Notes: generated by a model from the letters alone, not told the origin. Shown: positions 37,520 to 47,000, numbered from the stretch's first letter. The stretch: DNA of 64,000 nucleotides from an uncultured virus (IMG/VR IMGVR_UViG_3300012007_000017) (IMGVR_UViG_3300012007_000017:1-64000); one strand, 5' to 3'. Made by a program: numbers and translations.

Positions 37520-37767
37520 TAGAGGTAAACATAGGCACCCTTAAGAAGCCAACGAACCTGTTAAGCAGGGGAGGCTGCTGTGGAAGTAACAGCTACCTAT
37601 GTATAAGCAGTAGCGTGGCTCACCTCTAATAAAAGGAACCGTGCCCATGTGTGGTAACCCTGAGAAGCATATGAAACTATCAGGGAGGTCTGGATAAAGG
37701 CCTTTAAAAGAGGGTTCGTCAACCACGGTAAATGTCCAGGGCGACGATAGTGACAAAGCCTTTTATT
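37520..37767 (+). ncRNA. Candidate structured ncRNA 1 (~250 nt, two multibranch domains)
   Basis: Follows motif at 37504; no RBS-led ORF; nested stems tagaggt/acctcta, acatagg/cctatgt, aataaaagg/ccttttatt, accgtg/cacggt, ccctga/tcaggg. Confidence 0.7.
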
Positions 37768-37800
37768 TTTCGGGTGTACACAATTTACAGCCCTTATTAT

Positions 37801-37925
37801 AGAAAGAATCAATGGATGACAACCACTCGTGATGGGGGCGTGTTAAGGCGTAAGGACCATCCACAGTAAGTCACTGAGCCGTCTTAGAACGGAGTGCTCA
37901 AACTGAACTTAACAGGTTCTTTTTA
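37801..37925 (+). ncRNA. Candidate structured ncRNA 2 (~120 nt)
   Basis: Follows motif at 37784; stems aaagaatc/ggttcttt, tggatg/catcca, tgagc/gctca, ccgt/acgg. Confidence 0.65.
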
Positions 37926-38121
37926 TTTTTGTAATTTCGGGTGTACGAGAATTACAGCTTTTAATATAGAAGAAAGGAGATGAATTAGATTACATATCTG
38001 TTTCACATCTAAACCCACAAGGAGGCTCGTTACAGGGCCTCTTCTTTTTTTGGTGTGCATAAATTACAGTTCCTAATATAGAAACTTATTGACCACAAAC
38101 AAACTTAAAAGGAGAAATGAA

Positions 38122-38253
38122 ATGAAGAAAGCAATCTTAGGTATCGTAGTGGTGGCAGTAGCAGGTATCGTAGTATGCGCTGTCGCAAAAGCGAACGGTG
38201 TTGACTTTGTTCAGGTTGAGGATACACCTGAGGAGAAGTTCGTGGAAGAGTGA
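38122..38253 (+). CDS. Cassette gene, 43-aa membrane-anchored peptide
   Basis: MKKAILGIVVVAVAG...; RBS aaaggag; not in ORF track. Confidence 0.6.
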   Translation: MKKAILGIVVVAVAGIVVCAVAKANGVDFVQVEDTPEEKFVEE

Positions 38254-38365
38254 GCCTGATCCACTTTACGGATTGACAACTGAATAATGGATTTGGAAGA
38301 GTCGTTAGCGGAAATTGCAACGGCTCTTTCCTTTTTTTACTTAATTATTTTTAGGAGGAGACGGA

Positions 38366-39058
38366 ATGAGACAACCCGAAGATATTAAGATTGGCAATAG
38401 GACATTGGCAGAGGTCATTGAGAATCACAAGCATTGGTGGAAGGAGGATTGCGAAGGATGGAGAGACATGAGAGCAGGCCTCTTTAGAGCAGGCCTCTTT
38501 AGAGCAGACCTCAGTGGAGCAGACCTCTTTAGAGCAAACCTCCGTGGAGCAAACCTCCGTGGAGCAGACCTCAGTGGAGCAGACCTCAGTGGAGCAGACC
38601 TCAGTGGAGCAGACCTCAGTGGAGCAAACCTCAGTGGAGCAGACCTCAGTGGAGCAAACCTCAGTGGAGCAAACCTCAGTGGAGCAGACCTCTGTGGAGC
38701 AAACCTCAGTGGAGCAAAGAATGTTCCATATATCCCTTATGCTTGCCCCGACTTTGGGATGTTCATAGGTTTCAAAAAAGCGTCTGGTTACATTGTTGTG
38801 CTAGAAATCCCAGAGGATGCAAAAAGGCTCTCCGCAACAGGTCGCAAATGCAGATGCGACAAGGCAAAGGTTCTTGAGATTCAGAACGTTGATGGCACCA
38901 AAGCTAATGTTACAAAGGTTAAGAGCGGCTATGATTCGAACTTTGTTTATGAGGTAGGCAAAACGGTAAGCGTTGACAACTTCTGTGAGGACAGGTGGAG
39001 TGAATGCAGCCCAGGAATCCACTTTTTTATCAATCGCCAAGAGGCTATTAATTATTGA
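38366..39058 (+). CDS. Pentapeptide-repeat protein
   Basis: A[DN]L[SR]G repeats; C-terminal KCRC.KA..., EC.PGIHFF domain. Confidence 0.9.
   Translation: MRQPEDIKIGNRTLAEVIENHKHWWKEDCEGWRDMRAGLFRAGLFRADLSGADLFRANLRGANLRGADLSGADLSGADLSGADLSGANLSGADLSGANLSGANLSGADLCGANLSGAKNVPYIPYACPDFGMFIGFKKASGYIVVLEIPEDAKRLSATGRKCRCDKAKVLEIQNVDGTKANVTKVKSGYDSNFVYEVGKTVSVDNFCEDRWSECSPGIHFFINRQEAINY
38471..38716 (+). repeat. 15-bp tandem repeat (~16 units) encoding the pentapeptides
   Basis: gagcaRacctcagtg units. Confidence 0.95.
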
Positions 39059-39152
39059 GAGGTGACGGAATGAGCTACATAGATCGTAAGCAGTAAACCC
39101 GTACGCAGGTGACGAGGTAAGCGGATATATTTGTAGAAAGGAGTTACAGGCG

Positions 39153-39920
39153 ATGGGACGAGGATTGTATGGGCAGCGTATCATACAGGATTGGATAGAG
39201 GATAAACGTAAATCTCCTCTTAAAGAAGGAGACATATCTCTCTTGAATGTAGAGTACGCTATGGACATGTATAGAATTAAGAGAGAGTTTTCTCGGATTA
39301 CAACACTTAATTATTTTTGTATGATGCGGCTGTCTAAAAGCAAATACGAAGAAAACAATTATCGATGCATGCTGAATTCAGCGGTTAAGCAGCGGGATTT
39401 TTGTTGGGCAGTATACTGCAATCTTGAGAAATGGGTTGTTGATCCTAAATGGAAAAAGACCTTTGAGCGGGAAATTAAGCAGCTCGACAGTCGCCAAAAG
39501 CATATATACAGGATCGTTCAGGAAAATTTGAAGCTAACCGAATATTGGCCATTTTTTGAGGCAGTTGGCTTTGAACGTCTTTTAAACTTTGAAACTGAAT
39601 ATCGCGAAGATCCTTATGACATTGTGCTTGATCCGTTATTGACGGAAATCGAAGCATGGAACCGTGAGCACAAAGATGAGGTCGACGCCTACACGAAGAA
39701 GATTCAGCCCGAGCTTGACCGTAAAATCGCTTTTCTTACTAGAAAGGAGGCAATGGCAGAAGCTGAAAAAGAAGCCGAGCGAGCTAAGAAAAAAGCTGCC
39801 AAAGACGAGGAGAAAATGCTTAAAGAACAGCGCATACTTAACGACCGGGAAAGACGCAGAGAAGAGCGTGAGTTTAATAGCCTTATGCGTCGGACTAGTA
39901 CACCAGGCTGGACAAGCTGA
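39153..39920 (+). CDS. Hypothetical protein, charged coiled C-terminus
   Basis: 255-aa ORF with RBS. Confidence 0.65.
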   Translation: MGRGLYGQRIIQDWIEDKRKSPLKEGDISLLNVEYAMDMYRIKREFSRITTLNYFCMMRLSKSKYEENNYRCMLNSAVKQRDFCWAVYCNLEKWVVDPKWKKTFEREIKQLDSRQKHIYRIVQENLKLTEYWPFFEAVGFERLLNFETEYREDPYDIVLDPLLTEIEAWNREHKDEVDAYTKKIQPELDRKIAFLTRKEAMAEAEKEAERAKKKAAKDEEKMLKEQRILNDRERRREEREFNSLMRRTSTPGWTS

Positions 39921-39952
39921 TTATATTTTGTAGAAAGGAAATATGAGCAAAT

Positions 39953-40171
39953 ATGATCGAAATATCACTCACTTTAGCGATTATTCTGCTGATTATATTT
40001 TTTATAAGCGGTTTTTTGGCTGGAAGATACTCCAAAAAGCCTGATAAGCGCAAGGGCACTATGACTGTCGATGAGATGATGGGAATCGCTTCTATCAGTT
40101 GGGAAGTTCCTTACGAGGAGGTGGTACAGGCCGATACCATCAGACTCGATGTCATTCATAAGGATGCTTGA
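39953..40171 (+). CDS. Small membrane-anchored protein
   Basis: N-terminal TM helix. Confidence 0.6.
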   Translation: MIEISLTLAIILLIIFFISGFLAGRYSKKPDKRKGTMTVDEMMGIASISWEVPYEEVVQADTIRLDVIHKDA

Positions 40172-40229
40172 ATTTTACAGTTCCTATAATAGGTAACTAT
40201 TGGCTTGCATAAGAAAAGGAGGATTTATT

Positions 40230-40808
40230 ATGCAAATGGAGAAACTGGATAAAATAGCAGATGATTTGGCGGACATGATTTCTGCCGGAACTTCATCAGC
40301 TGCAGAATCGGAAGAGGAACAAGGGAATGTGTTTATCCCTGTAGGCGAATTCCGAGATGTTGCAAAGGCCAGAAACGAACAGGCTAAGCAGGACAATGAG
40401 CAACTCCACTGGGAGACTGAGTGGAAGAAAGCCGAGTTGGACGCAGCAACCAAGCAGAAAGAGGTTGAACTGGAACTGAAGAAGCTGGAGCAGGCGCTGG
40501 AAATCGAGAAGATGAGAGCCGAGAATGAAAAGGCGATCGCGGAGATGAAAGCACTTAACGATCAGCAGGTAGCAGAGACCAGAGCCGCATCTGAAAAGGA
40601 AGCTGCGGAAATTAATAAGGCTGCTTCTGACACTCGCTCTAAGAGAGATCTCATCGGCCGTATCTTGGACTTTATCGGAAGGGTACTTGTTGCAGTCTTG
40701 GGGCTCGGGGCATGCATTTATCAAGCCTCGACCATTCTGCGGGAGGAGGAAGACGGAAATTACGTCAATACCCGCAGCACCAATTTCTGGCATAAGCCCA
40801 GAACGTAA
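40230..40808 (+). CDS. Cassette gene, coiled-coil protein with C-terminal TM helix
   Basis: Motif 40174, RBS, hairpin 40822-40851. Confidence 0.7.
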   Translation: MQMEKLDKIADDLADMISAGTSSAAESEEEQGNVFIPVGEFRDVAKARNEQAKQDNEQLHWETEWKKAELDAATKQKEVELELKKLEQALEIEKMRAENEKAIAEMKALNDQQVAETRAASEKEAAEINKAASDTRSKRDLIGRILDFIGRVLVAVLGLGACIYQASTILREEEDGNYVNTRSTNFWHKPRT

Positions 40809-40932
40809 GTCAGTAACCAAAGGAGGACTTGGCAGAAATGTCAGGTCCTCTGTCTTTTTCATGGTGTACACAAATTACAGTTCCTAATATAGACACTATA
40901 AACTTTGTATTTTTGGGAAAGGAGAAGAAGGC

Positions 40933-41004
40933 ATGAGTTTCGGTATCGTACTTATCTTAATAGGAGTACTCTGGATCATGTTCGAAAACAAGAAGTCAGA
41001 GTAA
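40933..41004 (+). CDS. Cassette gene, 23-aa hydrophobic peptide
   Basis: MSFGIVLILIGVLWIMFENKKSE; sole ORF between motif 40874 and hairpin 41028-41061. Confidence 0.6.
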   Translation: MSFGIVLILIGVLWIMFENKKSE

Positions 41005-41112
41005 CACATAGTATCTAAGGAACTGGCGAAGAGTCGTTGTAAAAGAATACAGCGGCTCTTCTGTTTTTGCTGTAGGAGGCAAGCGATTATATTTTTAGAA
41101 AAGGAGAACAGA

Positions 41113-42162
41113 ATGAGTAACTACAAGACAAAGGAAGCAAACGAAAAGTCAGAGAAGATTCTTGATTATATTTCTGCAAACAGCGAGCAGGGCGTAACCA
41201 TCAAAGACATCGCAATCGCCTTTAACATGCCTGCAGAGACAGTTCGCCATTACGTCAAGACCTTATTCAACAACGGTTACATCGATCGCAGACAGCAGGG
41301 CTATGGTTCTACTCACAGATATTTCTGGAAGAAGCCTGAGGACAAGTCTCAGAATACTATGGAGGATACTGACAAAGAAGCAATGGGCGGAGTCGAGAGA
41401 GATCCTAGCACAATCATTAAGTGCGGCGAGTTCTGCAAAACCGGTGATGTCGTAGAGTGCTCCAGCAGATCTGGTGAAGGATTATATTTCAAGTATCTTG
41501 TACTGGTACCGTGGGAGCGTAAGGCGATGGTTCTCGGAATCTTTCCCGAAGGCCATCCGAATCTCAATCTTAATGACCCGAACCATATTTACATCGGTGA
41601 CGATCCTGAGACCGGCAACAAGCTCTATGTAGATGTCACCAATGTGTGCCAGAGAGGATACAAAACCTTCGGCAAGAGATTCTTCCACGCTGAGAAAGAA
41701 CGCATGGATGATGTCAAGAGCAGACTCAAGAGGGTTTTGCGTCTGGCTGAGCCTGGGCCTAATATCAAAGCTGAGAACCAGGAGCTTCAGGATGATATTC
41801 GGCAGTATAAGCTCGAGAATAAGGCAATGGCTCAGAGATACGAGCAGGATATTAAGGACATTAAAGCGACTCTCGATGCTGCACACGGAGCGGCTATGGA
41901 GTATGAGGCTAAGTACATAGCGGTGCTTAAGGAGAATCAGGAGCTTAACAGGCTTATTGAAAAGCTTAAGGACGAGACTCCTCACGATAAGGAAACCATC
42001 GAACCTGAGTACGATCCTGATTATGTGCAGAAACTGGAAGCCAAGTATGGAGACGCTTTGGTCAAGCTCAAGGCTGCAGAAACCAGAGTCGAGGATTACG
42101 ACTATTTTACTGATGCTATGAAAGATATTGTGATGAAAGTACTTGATAAAGGAGGAAATTAA
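41113..42162 (+). CDS. Winged-HTH and coiled-coil protein
   Basis: TIKDIA..FNM..ETVRHYVK.L...GYI; heptad-rich C-terminus. Confidence 0.7.
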   Translation: MSNYKTKEANEKSEKILDYISANSEQGVTIKDIAIAFNMPAETVRHYVKTLFNNGYIDRRQQGYGSTHRYFWKKPEDKSQNTMEDTDKEAMGGVERDPSTIIKCGEFCKTGDVVECSSRSGEGLYFKYLVLVPWERKAMVLGIFPEGHPNLNLNDPNHIYIGDDPETGNKLYVDVTNVCQRGYKTFGKRFFHAEKERMDDVKSRLKRVLRLAEPGPNIKAENQELQDDIRQYKLENKAMAQRYEQDIKDIKATLDAAHGAAMEYEAKYIAVLKENQELNRLIEKLKDETPHDKETIEPEYDPDYVQKLEAKYGDALVKLKAAETRVEDYDYFTDAMKDIVMKVLDKGGN

Positions 42163-42332
42163 TGCACGAACGTAAAGTTGGTAGACCGCCTCTTCCTGCA
42201 GGAGACCGTAAGGACAAGTCTGTACGGATTAGGCTGTCAACTGATGAACTGAATAGTGTGGTGAAGAAGGCTGAGGAAGAACAAACCTCGGTCTCTTCTT
42301 ATATTCGCGAGAGGATTAAGAACAATGGATGA
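42162..42332 (+). CDS. Ribbon-helix-helix-like DNA-binding protein
   Basis: GRPP...VRIRLS.DE......AEE...SVS.YIR; not in ORF track. Confidence 0.65.
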   Translation: MHERKVGRPPLPAGDRKDKSVRIRLSTDELNSVVKKAEEEQTSVSSYIRERIKNNG

Positions 42333-42483
42333 ACTGAAATTTGTAGAATTTGATAAGTACTGCAGTACATGCATTCACAAGGATGAAGAGGAGAGCGATC
42401 CTTATAAGAAATGCAATGACTGTCTGGCTATTCCGGCAAGAGAGTATTCGCACAAACCTGAGTACTATAAGAAGAAAGATTAA
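42325..42483 (+). CDS. Small Cys-rich protein
   Basis: YCSTC...CNDC; not in ORF track. Confidence 0.6.
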   Translation: MDELKFVEFDKYCSTCIHKDEEESDPYKKCNDCLAIPAREYSHKPEYYKKKD

Positions 42484-42503
42484 TTATATTTAGGAGGAGC
42501 ATT

Positions 42504-42701
42504 ATGGCAGAAAGAATTACGAACACTCTGTTCAAAATTCATGTTGGACGCTTTATTTGGTATGTCAATATGTGGACGTGGTGCTGGGAACATAACGCAC
42601 CGATTTTCATTACGCGGTTGCTCGTTATGCTAATCAAAGTTAATGCAAAAACCGCAGACTTTTTATACAGGTCCCCCGAGTACTCCAAAAAGAAAGATTA
42701 A
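42504..42701 (+). CDS. Hypothetical protein flanked by 43-bp direct repeats
   Basis: RBS; repeats 42457-42499 and 42675-42717. Confidence 0.55.
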   Translation: MAERITNTLFKIHVGRFIWYVNMWTWCWEHNAPIFITRLLVMLIKVNAKTADFLYRSPEYSKKKD

Positions 42702-42722
42702 TTATATTTAGGAGGAGGTACT

Positions 42723-42998
42723 ATGTTAGGTTTTTTCTGTGACTGGTGCGGTAAACCATACAAGCCATATCCTGTGAAAGAATACGGAAACACCATGGCT
42801 GCCGGTTTCTTAAGTAAGAAAAGCGACGCTGACAAGAAAGAGATTCCTATAGGCACTAAAGTTGTTGGCGAAGCCTGGGCATCAATAGAGGGACGCAGCG
42901 AATATGGCTTAAATACTTCTCAAATTTGCCCTGACTGCTATGAGGCATATTTGGAATTTGTGAAGAATAGGAAGGAAGGAACCAATGATCAAGCTTGA
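42723..42998 (+). CDS. Zinc-finger-like protein
   Basis: CDWC...CPDC. Confidence 0.6.
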   Translation: MLGFFCDWCGKPYKPYPVKEYGNTMAAGFLSKKSDADKKEIPIGTKVVGEAWASIEGRSEYGLNTSQICPDCYEAYLEFVKNRKEGTNDQA

Positions 42999-43842
42999 TA
43001 AGATATTCAATCCTAAGGTGCTTAGCGCATTGGCTGTGGCGGGTGTCGTGGCTACAGCAATAATGGCGGCACTCGAAGGAATCAATGGCAGCGATGTTAT
43101 CAGAGAAGCTAAGAAAACCGCTCCTAAGGAAGGCGTCTGGGCTATCTCCAAGCATTATATTCCCAGAGTAGTTCCTGCATTTGGCAAAACCATTGTCATA
43201 GGTGGCGTAACCGTGTTCTGCGTTGTAACATCATGCTACCTCAGTGGTCTGCAGATTGTAGCTTTATCTGGCACCATTGCAGGACTTGTCAGTCAGAGAG
43301 ATGCAGTAGAGAAGGAAATCGTTAAGCTTCCAGGCGGCAAAGAAGCTCTTGCAAAGGTCAAGAAGGAAGTCGCTCTGGCTACGGCTGAGAAGAAGATCGC
43401 TGAGAATGAAAAGCGTAAACCTTGGAAGTATCAGACGATCGAAGATACCGGTTACGGAGATGAATTGTTCCTTGACGAATGGTCTGGGCGATTGTTCCTG
43501 TCATCAGAAGAAGCGGTGAGAAGAGGCTTCGAAAACTTCAATGCTGAAAGAGATGATGGAATGGATCTTCCTTACAATGGGCATAGTGATATGAATCTAC
43601 CGCCAGCAAGTTCATATAACGACTTGTTTACAGCGTGGGGTTTGGTCCCAAGCGGATTAGGCTGGGCTTTTGGATGGCCTGCTAGCGATGATTATTATGA
43701 GCACAGAGCTATACCCTATACTATCGAAGTTATTCCTGTCGAAGAAATGAAAGACAAGGAACTTGAGAAGTACGGAAAAGATCTGCATATCATCCGTATT
43801 CCTGCAGGCTACTATCCTATGGAGTGTTACCTCGAGGTCTGA
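42985..43842 (+). CDS. Membrane-anchored paralogue 1 (DUF6353-like, from recall)
   Basis: P.hydrophobic N-terminus, second TM, acidic C-domain; similar layout to 44186 and 53045. Confidence 0.55.
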   Translation: MIKLDKIFNPKVLSALAVAGVVATAIMAALEGINGSDVIREAKKTAPKEGVWAISKHYIPRVVPAFGKTIVIGGVTVFCVVTSCYLSGLQIVALSGTIAGLVSQRDAVEKEIVKLPGGKEALAKVKKEVALATAEKKIAENEKRKPWKYQTIEDTGYGDELFLDEWSGRLFLSSEEAVRRGFENFNAERDDGMDLPYNGHSDMNLPPASSYNDLFTAWGLVPSGLGWAFGWPASDDYYEHRAIPYTIEVIPVEEMKDKELEKYGKDLHIIRIPAGYYPMECYLEV

Positions 43843-43902
43843 TTATATTTTACAGTTCCTATAGTAGGTAGCATTGAAATATTTTTGGAAAGGAGGAGCA
43901 GG

Positions 43903-44124
43903 ATGGTAACTATGATATTGGTATTTTGCCTTATCGTGGTGCTGATCGGGTTCGCTATCGGAGCACTCGTGTTAGGAGTATGCTCGATTGGAACTCTTTT
44001 GGCGCTTGGATTCGAGTTGGCACTGTACCTGATGCCGGTAATTATCATCTACATGATTGCAAGAGTAGTGTGGAAGATGACTACCACGAAAAAGGCCATA
44101 AAGAAGGCTAAAGAAAAAGAGTAA
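43903..44124 (+). CDS. Cassette gene, small membrane protein
   Basis: Motif 43849; hairpin 44132-44163. Confidence 0.65.
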   Translation: MVTMILVFCLIVVLIGFAIGALVLGVCSIGTLLALGFELALYLMPVIIIYMIARVVWKMTTTKKAIKKAKEKE

Positions 44125-44185
44125 CTGAGATAGAGGACTCGTAAGATTGATTACGGGTCCTCTTATATTTTTTTTGGAGGTAGAA

Positions 44186-44977
44186 ATGAAACTCAAGAAC
44201 ATAGCCAAATTTGCCAGCGCTATCGGGAAGGGCATAGATGAGTATGGTCCCCAGATTATGGCGGTTGGCAGTGCTATATGCTTTGTAACAGGTGTTATAT
44301 TTGCGGCAAAGGAAAGCCCTGCAGCATTAGAGGCATTAGAAGAGAAGGTAGCAGAGAACCCTGATATGAATATTTTTGAGAAGGGCGCTACAGTAGTCAG
44401 CAGAATGCCTAAGACAGTAATCGCTACAGTTTCCGGTTTAGCGATGCATATTTTTGCCTGGAAGAAAGTTCTGGGAAAACTCGCCACTGTTACAGGCATT
44501 GCGGCCGTTGTCACACAGGATAATGTTAATCTCGTAGAAGCAGCAAAGGAGGTAGTAGGCCCTGACAAGGCCAAGGAAATTGTCAAGGTTAAGGACCAGA
44601 TGACCCAATGGGATGAAGATCCAACGGATAAGATTGATGTTATATATCCTTACACATGGGATGGCCTGGGTATAACGGTTTGGATGACTCCTGCCGAGTA
44701 TGCAGATCGAACTAACGAGAATATCGACCAGTTAGCTGACAACGAAGAGCTTCCTGTATTTGACTACTTCTACAATTACAAATGCGCGTATCCGCCTAAT
44801 CAGGACTATGGATGGAGCCTTGATAGCAGCGGTTGCGGGGCAAATCCCAGTGACATAAGAAGATGGGCTAAGGATGAACTCCATGCTGAACTGAAGCAGC
44901 ATATGTATAAGGGCAAGTATCCTGGGTATCTGGTTGTGCTCGACAACATGCCGTGTGAGCCTGTCGAGAATCGCTAA
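44186..44977 (+). CDS. Membrane-anchored paralogue 2
   Basis: YGPQIMAVG...AAKE pattern. Confidence 0.55.
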   Translation: MKLKNIAKFASAIGKGIDEYGPQIMAVGSAICFVTGVIFAAKESPAALEALEEKVAENPDMNIFEKGATVVSRMPKTVIATVSGLAMHIFAWKKVLGKLATVTGIAAVVTQDNVNLVEAAKEVVGPDKAKEIVKVKDQMTQWDEDPTDKIDVIYPYTWDGLGITVWMTPAEYADRTNENIDQLADNEELPVFDYFYNYKCAYPPNQDYGWSLDSSGCGANPSDIRRWAKDELHAELKQHMYKGKYPGYLVVLDNMPCEPVENR

Positions 44978-45072
44978 TTATATTTGGTAACATAGGGGCT
45001 GTGCACAAATAACAGCTCCTATAATAGCAAGAAATAGTTCTTGTGTTATACATTAAGAAAGGAGGACTTATT

Positions 45073-45510
45073 ATGTCCAACAGAAACAAGGTAGCAAAGG
45101 ATTATGATGCAAAGAAGGCAGAGGATCAGAAGGATGTAAAGAATCCCGAGACCCCGGATGAGAAGACGGAAGGAACTGAAAACGATCAGCAGGATTCCGG
45201 TGAGGACAAGAAGGAAGAGAAGAAGAAATTCTCACTTCCCAAGATCGCACTCCCGAAACTCAAACTGCCTTCCAAGGAGACTGTGTTTGCATGGTTGAAA
45301 GGGATCTTTGTGTTCCTGCTGGGTACCGTTGCTGGAGCAATTGGTATTGTAGCAGCGGCTACGAAGATCGTTGAAGCCGGCAAGATCGCAGATGACTCTG
45401 AGGAAGAGCAGGACGAGAAGACGGAAGAGACGGGCTGGGTTGTAGAGGAAACCAAACTCGAACCTGAAACTGAGCCGGAACCTGACGAGGCAGAGGCAAC
45501 TGAGGCTTAA
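45073..45510 (+). CDS. Cassette gene, acidic single-TM protein
   Basis: Motif 45009; hairpin 45518-45550. Confidence 0.65.
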   Translation: MSNRNKVAKDYDAKKAEDQKDVKNPETPDEKTEGTENDQQDSGEDKKEEKKKFSLPKIALPKLKLPSKETVFAWLKGIFVFLLGTVAGAIGIVAAATKIVEAGKIADDSEEEQDEKTEETGWVVEETKLEPETEPEPDEAEATEA

Positions 45511-45731
45511 TCAACCGGGAGGGGGTCAGCAACAAAAGCTGGTCCTCTCCTTTTTTATTTTTTTTTCTTAGGAGGTTAATATGAAGAAACTTATTAGATG
45601 GCTTGGTCAGTCAAGTATTACCTTTGGGTTCTGGCTCCTTGATGTAATTGGAGATGTTAAGCACTTCTGATTTGCTTGAAAATTACAGTTCCTATAATAG
45701 GTAACTATCGTTAAGCAAGAAAGGAGAAAGG

Positions 45732-45896
45732 ATGAATACACTGGTCTTGCTCAAGATCATTGGCGGATTTGTCGGAGCCCTGATTGGAGCCGCAGGAGGT
45801 TTCACAGCAGGCGCAAAGGCACTCCCCAAGATTCAGAGAGCATGGAAAGAGATGACATCGTTGTTCTCGGAACTTCACGAAGACGATGATGAGTAA
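45732..45896 (+). CDS. Cassette gene, 54-aa Gly-rich membrane peptide
   Basis: Motif 45682, RBS, hairpin 45905-45936; not in ORF track. Confidence 0.6.
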   Translation: MNTLVLLKIIGGFVGALIGAAGGFTAGAKALPKIQRAWKEMTSLFSELHEDDDE

Positions 45897-45956
45897 CTGA
45901 TGGCAAGGGTCACTGTAGAACTTTACAGTGGCTCTTATATTTTTGAGGAGATGAAC

Positions 45957-46571
45957 ATGGCTGAAGTAAAGCTTAGTGACATCGTAACCAATAACAGTGA
46001 CGCAGCAAGACGCCACGAACAGGCACCGCCGCCTACCACAGAAGAATTCGAACCGCCTGTAGAAAGACGTCATGGTTTTTTCGGCAGGATGTTTGGCCGT
46101 ATACATATTGCCGACAACTTCGAAGGCGCAGGACAGACTGTGCTTGAAGAGGTGATTATCCCCACTGTCATTGACGGAATCAGGGATGTCATCTACACAG
46201 CTACTGATTATATTCTGTACGGCGGTGGACAAAGACACAGCAGGAACAACAGACGAGGAGGCTCTTACACATCCTACAGTAAGAAGAGCCAGCAGAAGTC
46301 AGCTAGACGGAACGCACCTTCATCCTCTTCTTACTATTTCACTTATGATGATCGCGCTACGGCTGACAAGGACCTAGAAAAGATGAGGGACGTTGTCGAC
46401 CAGAGAGATTTTGTAACCATTATGGATATGTTCTCAATCGCCAAGAGACCTACCAGCAACTACACCTATAACGACTGGGGCTGGTATGATCTCAGATCGG
46501 CGATGGTCAGGAGGACGACGGACGGCAGGTATTATATCGACTTGCCTAAGCCTGTTCCGATTGAGGAGTAA
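45957..46571 (+). CDS. Conserved hypothetical phage protein
   Basis: WGW.DL...Y.I.LP.P C-terminal motif. Confidence 0.6.
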   Translation: MAEVKLSDIVTNNSDAARRHEQAPPPTTEEFEPPVERRHGFFGRMFGRIHIADNFEGAGQTVLEEVIIPTVIDGIRDVIYTATDYILYGGGQRHSRNNRRGGSYTSYSKKSQQKSARRNAPSSSSYYFTYDDRATADKDLEKMRDVVDQRDFVTIMDMFSIAKRPTSNYTYNDWGWYDLRSAMVRRTTDGRYYIDLPKPVPIEE

Positions 46572-46765
46572 TTATGAAGTGCCCGTGTAAAGGGTGCGAC
46601 TTTAGGGATGCAGAATGCCATGCTAATTGCCGATTATATTCTAAATGGAAGAAAGAGCAGGAATCCATTAAGAAGAAAAGGACTTTAGATGCTGTTCTGC
46701 ATGCCTATTTTAAGCAACCCGAACGTTGGCAAGACCACTGTTTTATGTAGAAAGGAGAGGCTGAG

Positions 46766-46990
46766 ATGAGTATCCCGACTATCAATCTCATAGCCACTGG
46801 AGAAAACATTAACCGTATGCGCTTGGAGGCGGGTATTGCGGTAAAAGATGTTCAGGAAGCTTGCGGGTTCTCTACGCCGAATGCCGTGTACAAATGGATT
46901 CACGGACAGAGTCTTCCAACAATTGATAACATGCTTATCTTAGCCTCTATGCTTAATGTAACACTTAACGACATTTTGGTTGTCGAGTAA
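46766..46990 (+). CDS. XRE-family HTH regulator
   Basis: AVYKW.HG.SLP.IDN..LA HTH pattern. Confidence 0.85.
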   Translation: MSIPTINLIATGENINRMRLEAGIAVKDVQEACGFSTPNAVYKWIHGQSLPTIDNMLILASMLNVTLNDILVVE

Positions 46991-47000
46991 AGGAGGTACT

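Noticed and set aside
37658..37686. Hammerhead ribozyme core in ncRNA 1
   Set aside because: ctgagaa does not match CUGANGA and stem II is missing before gaaa
34945..38100. Regularly spaced repeats as a CRISPR array
   Set aside because: Intervals are ~110-480 bp and contain genes; repeats are degenerate; no cas genes
38514..38768. SVEQT-repeat ORF
   Set aside because: Alternate frame of the 15-bp pentapeptide repeat
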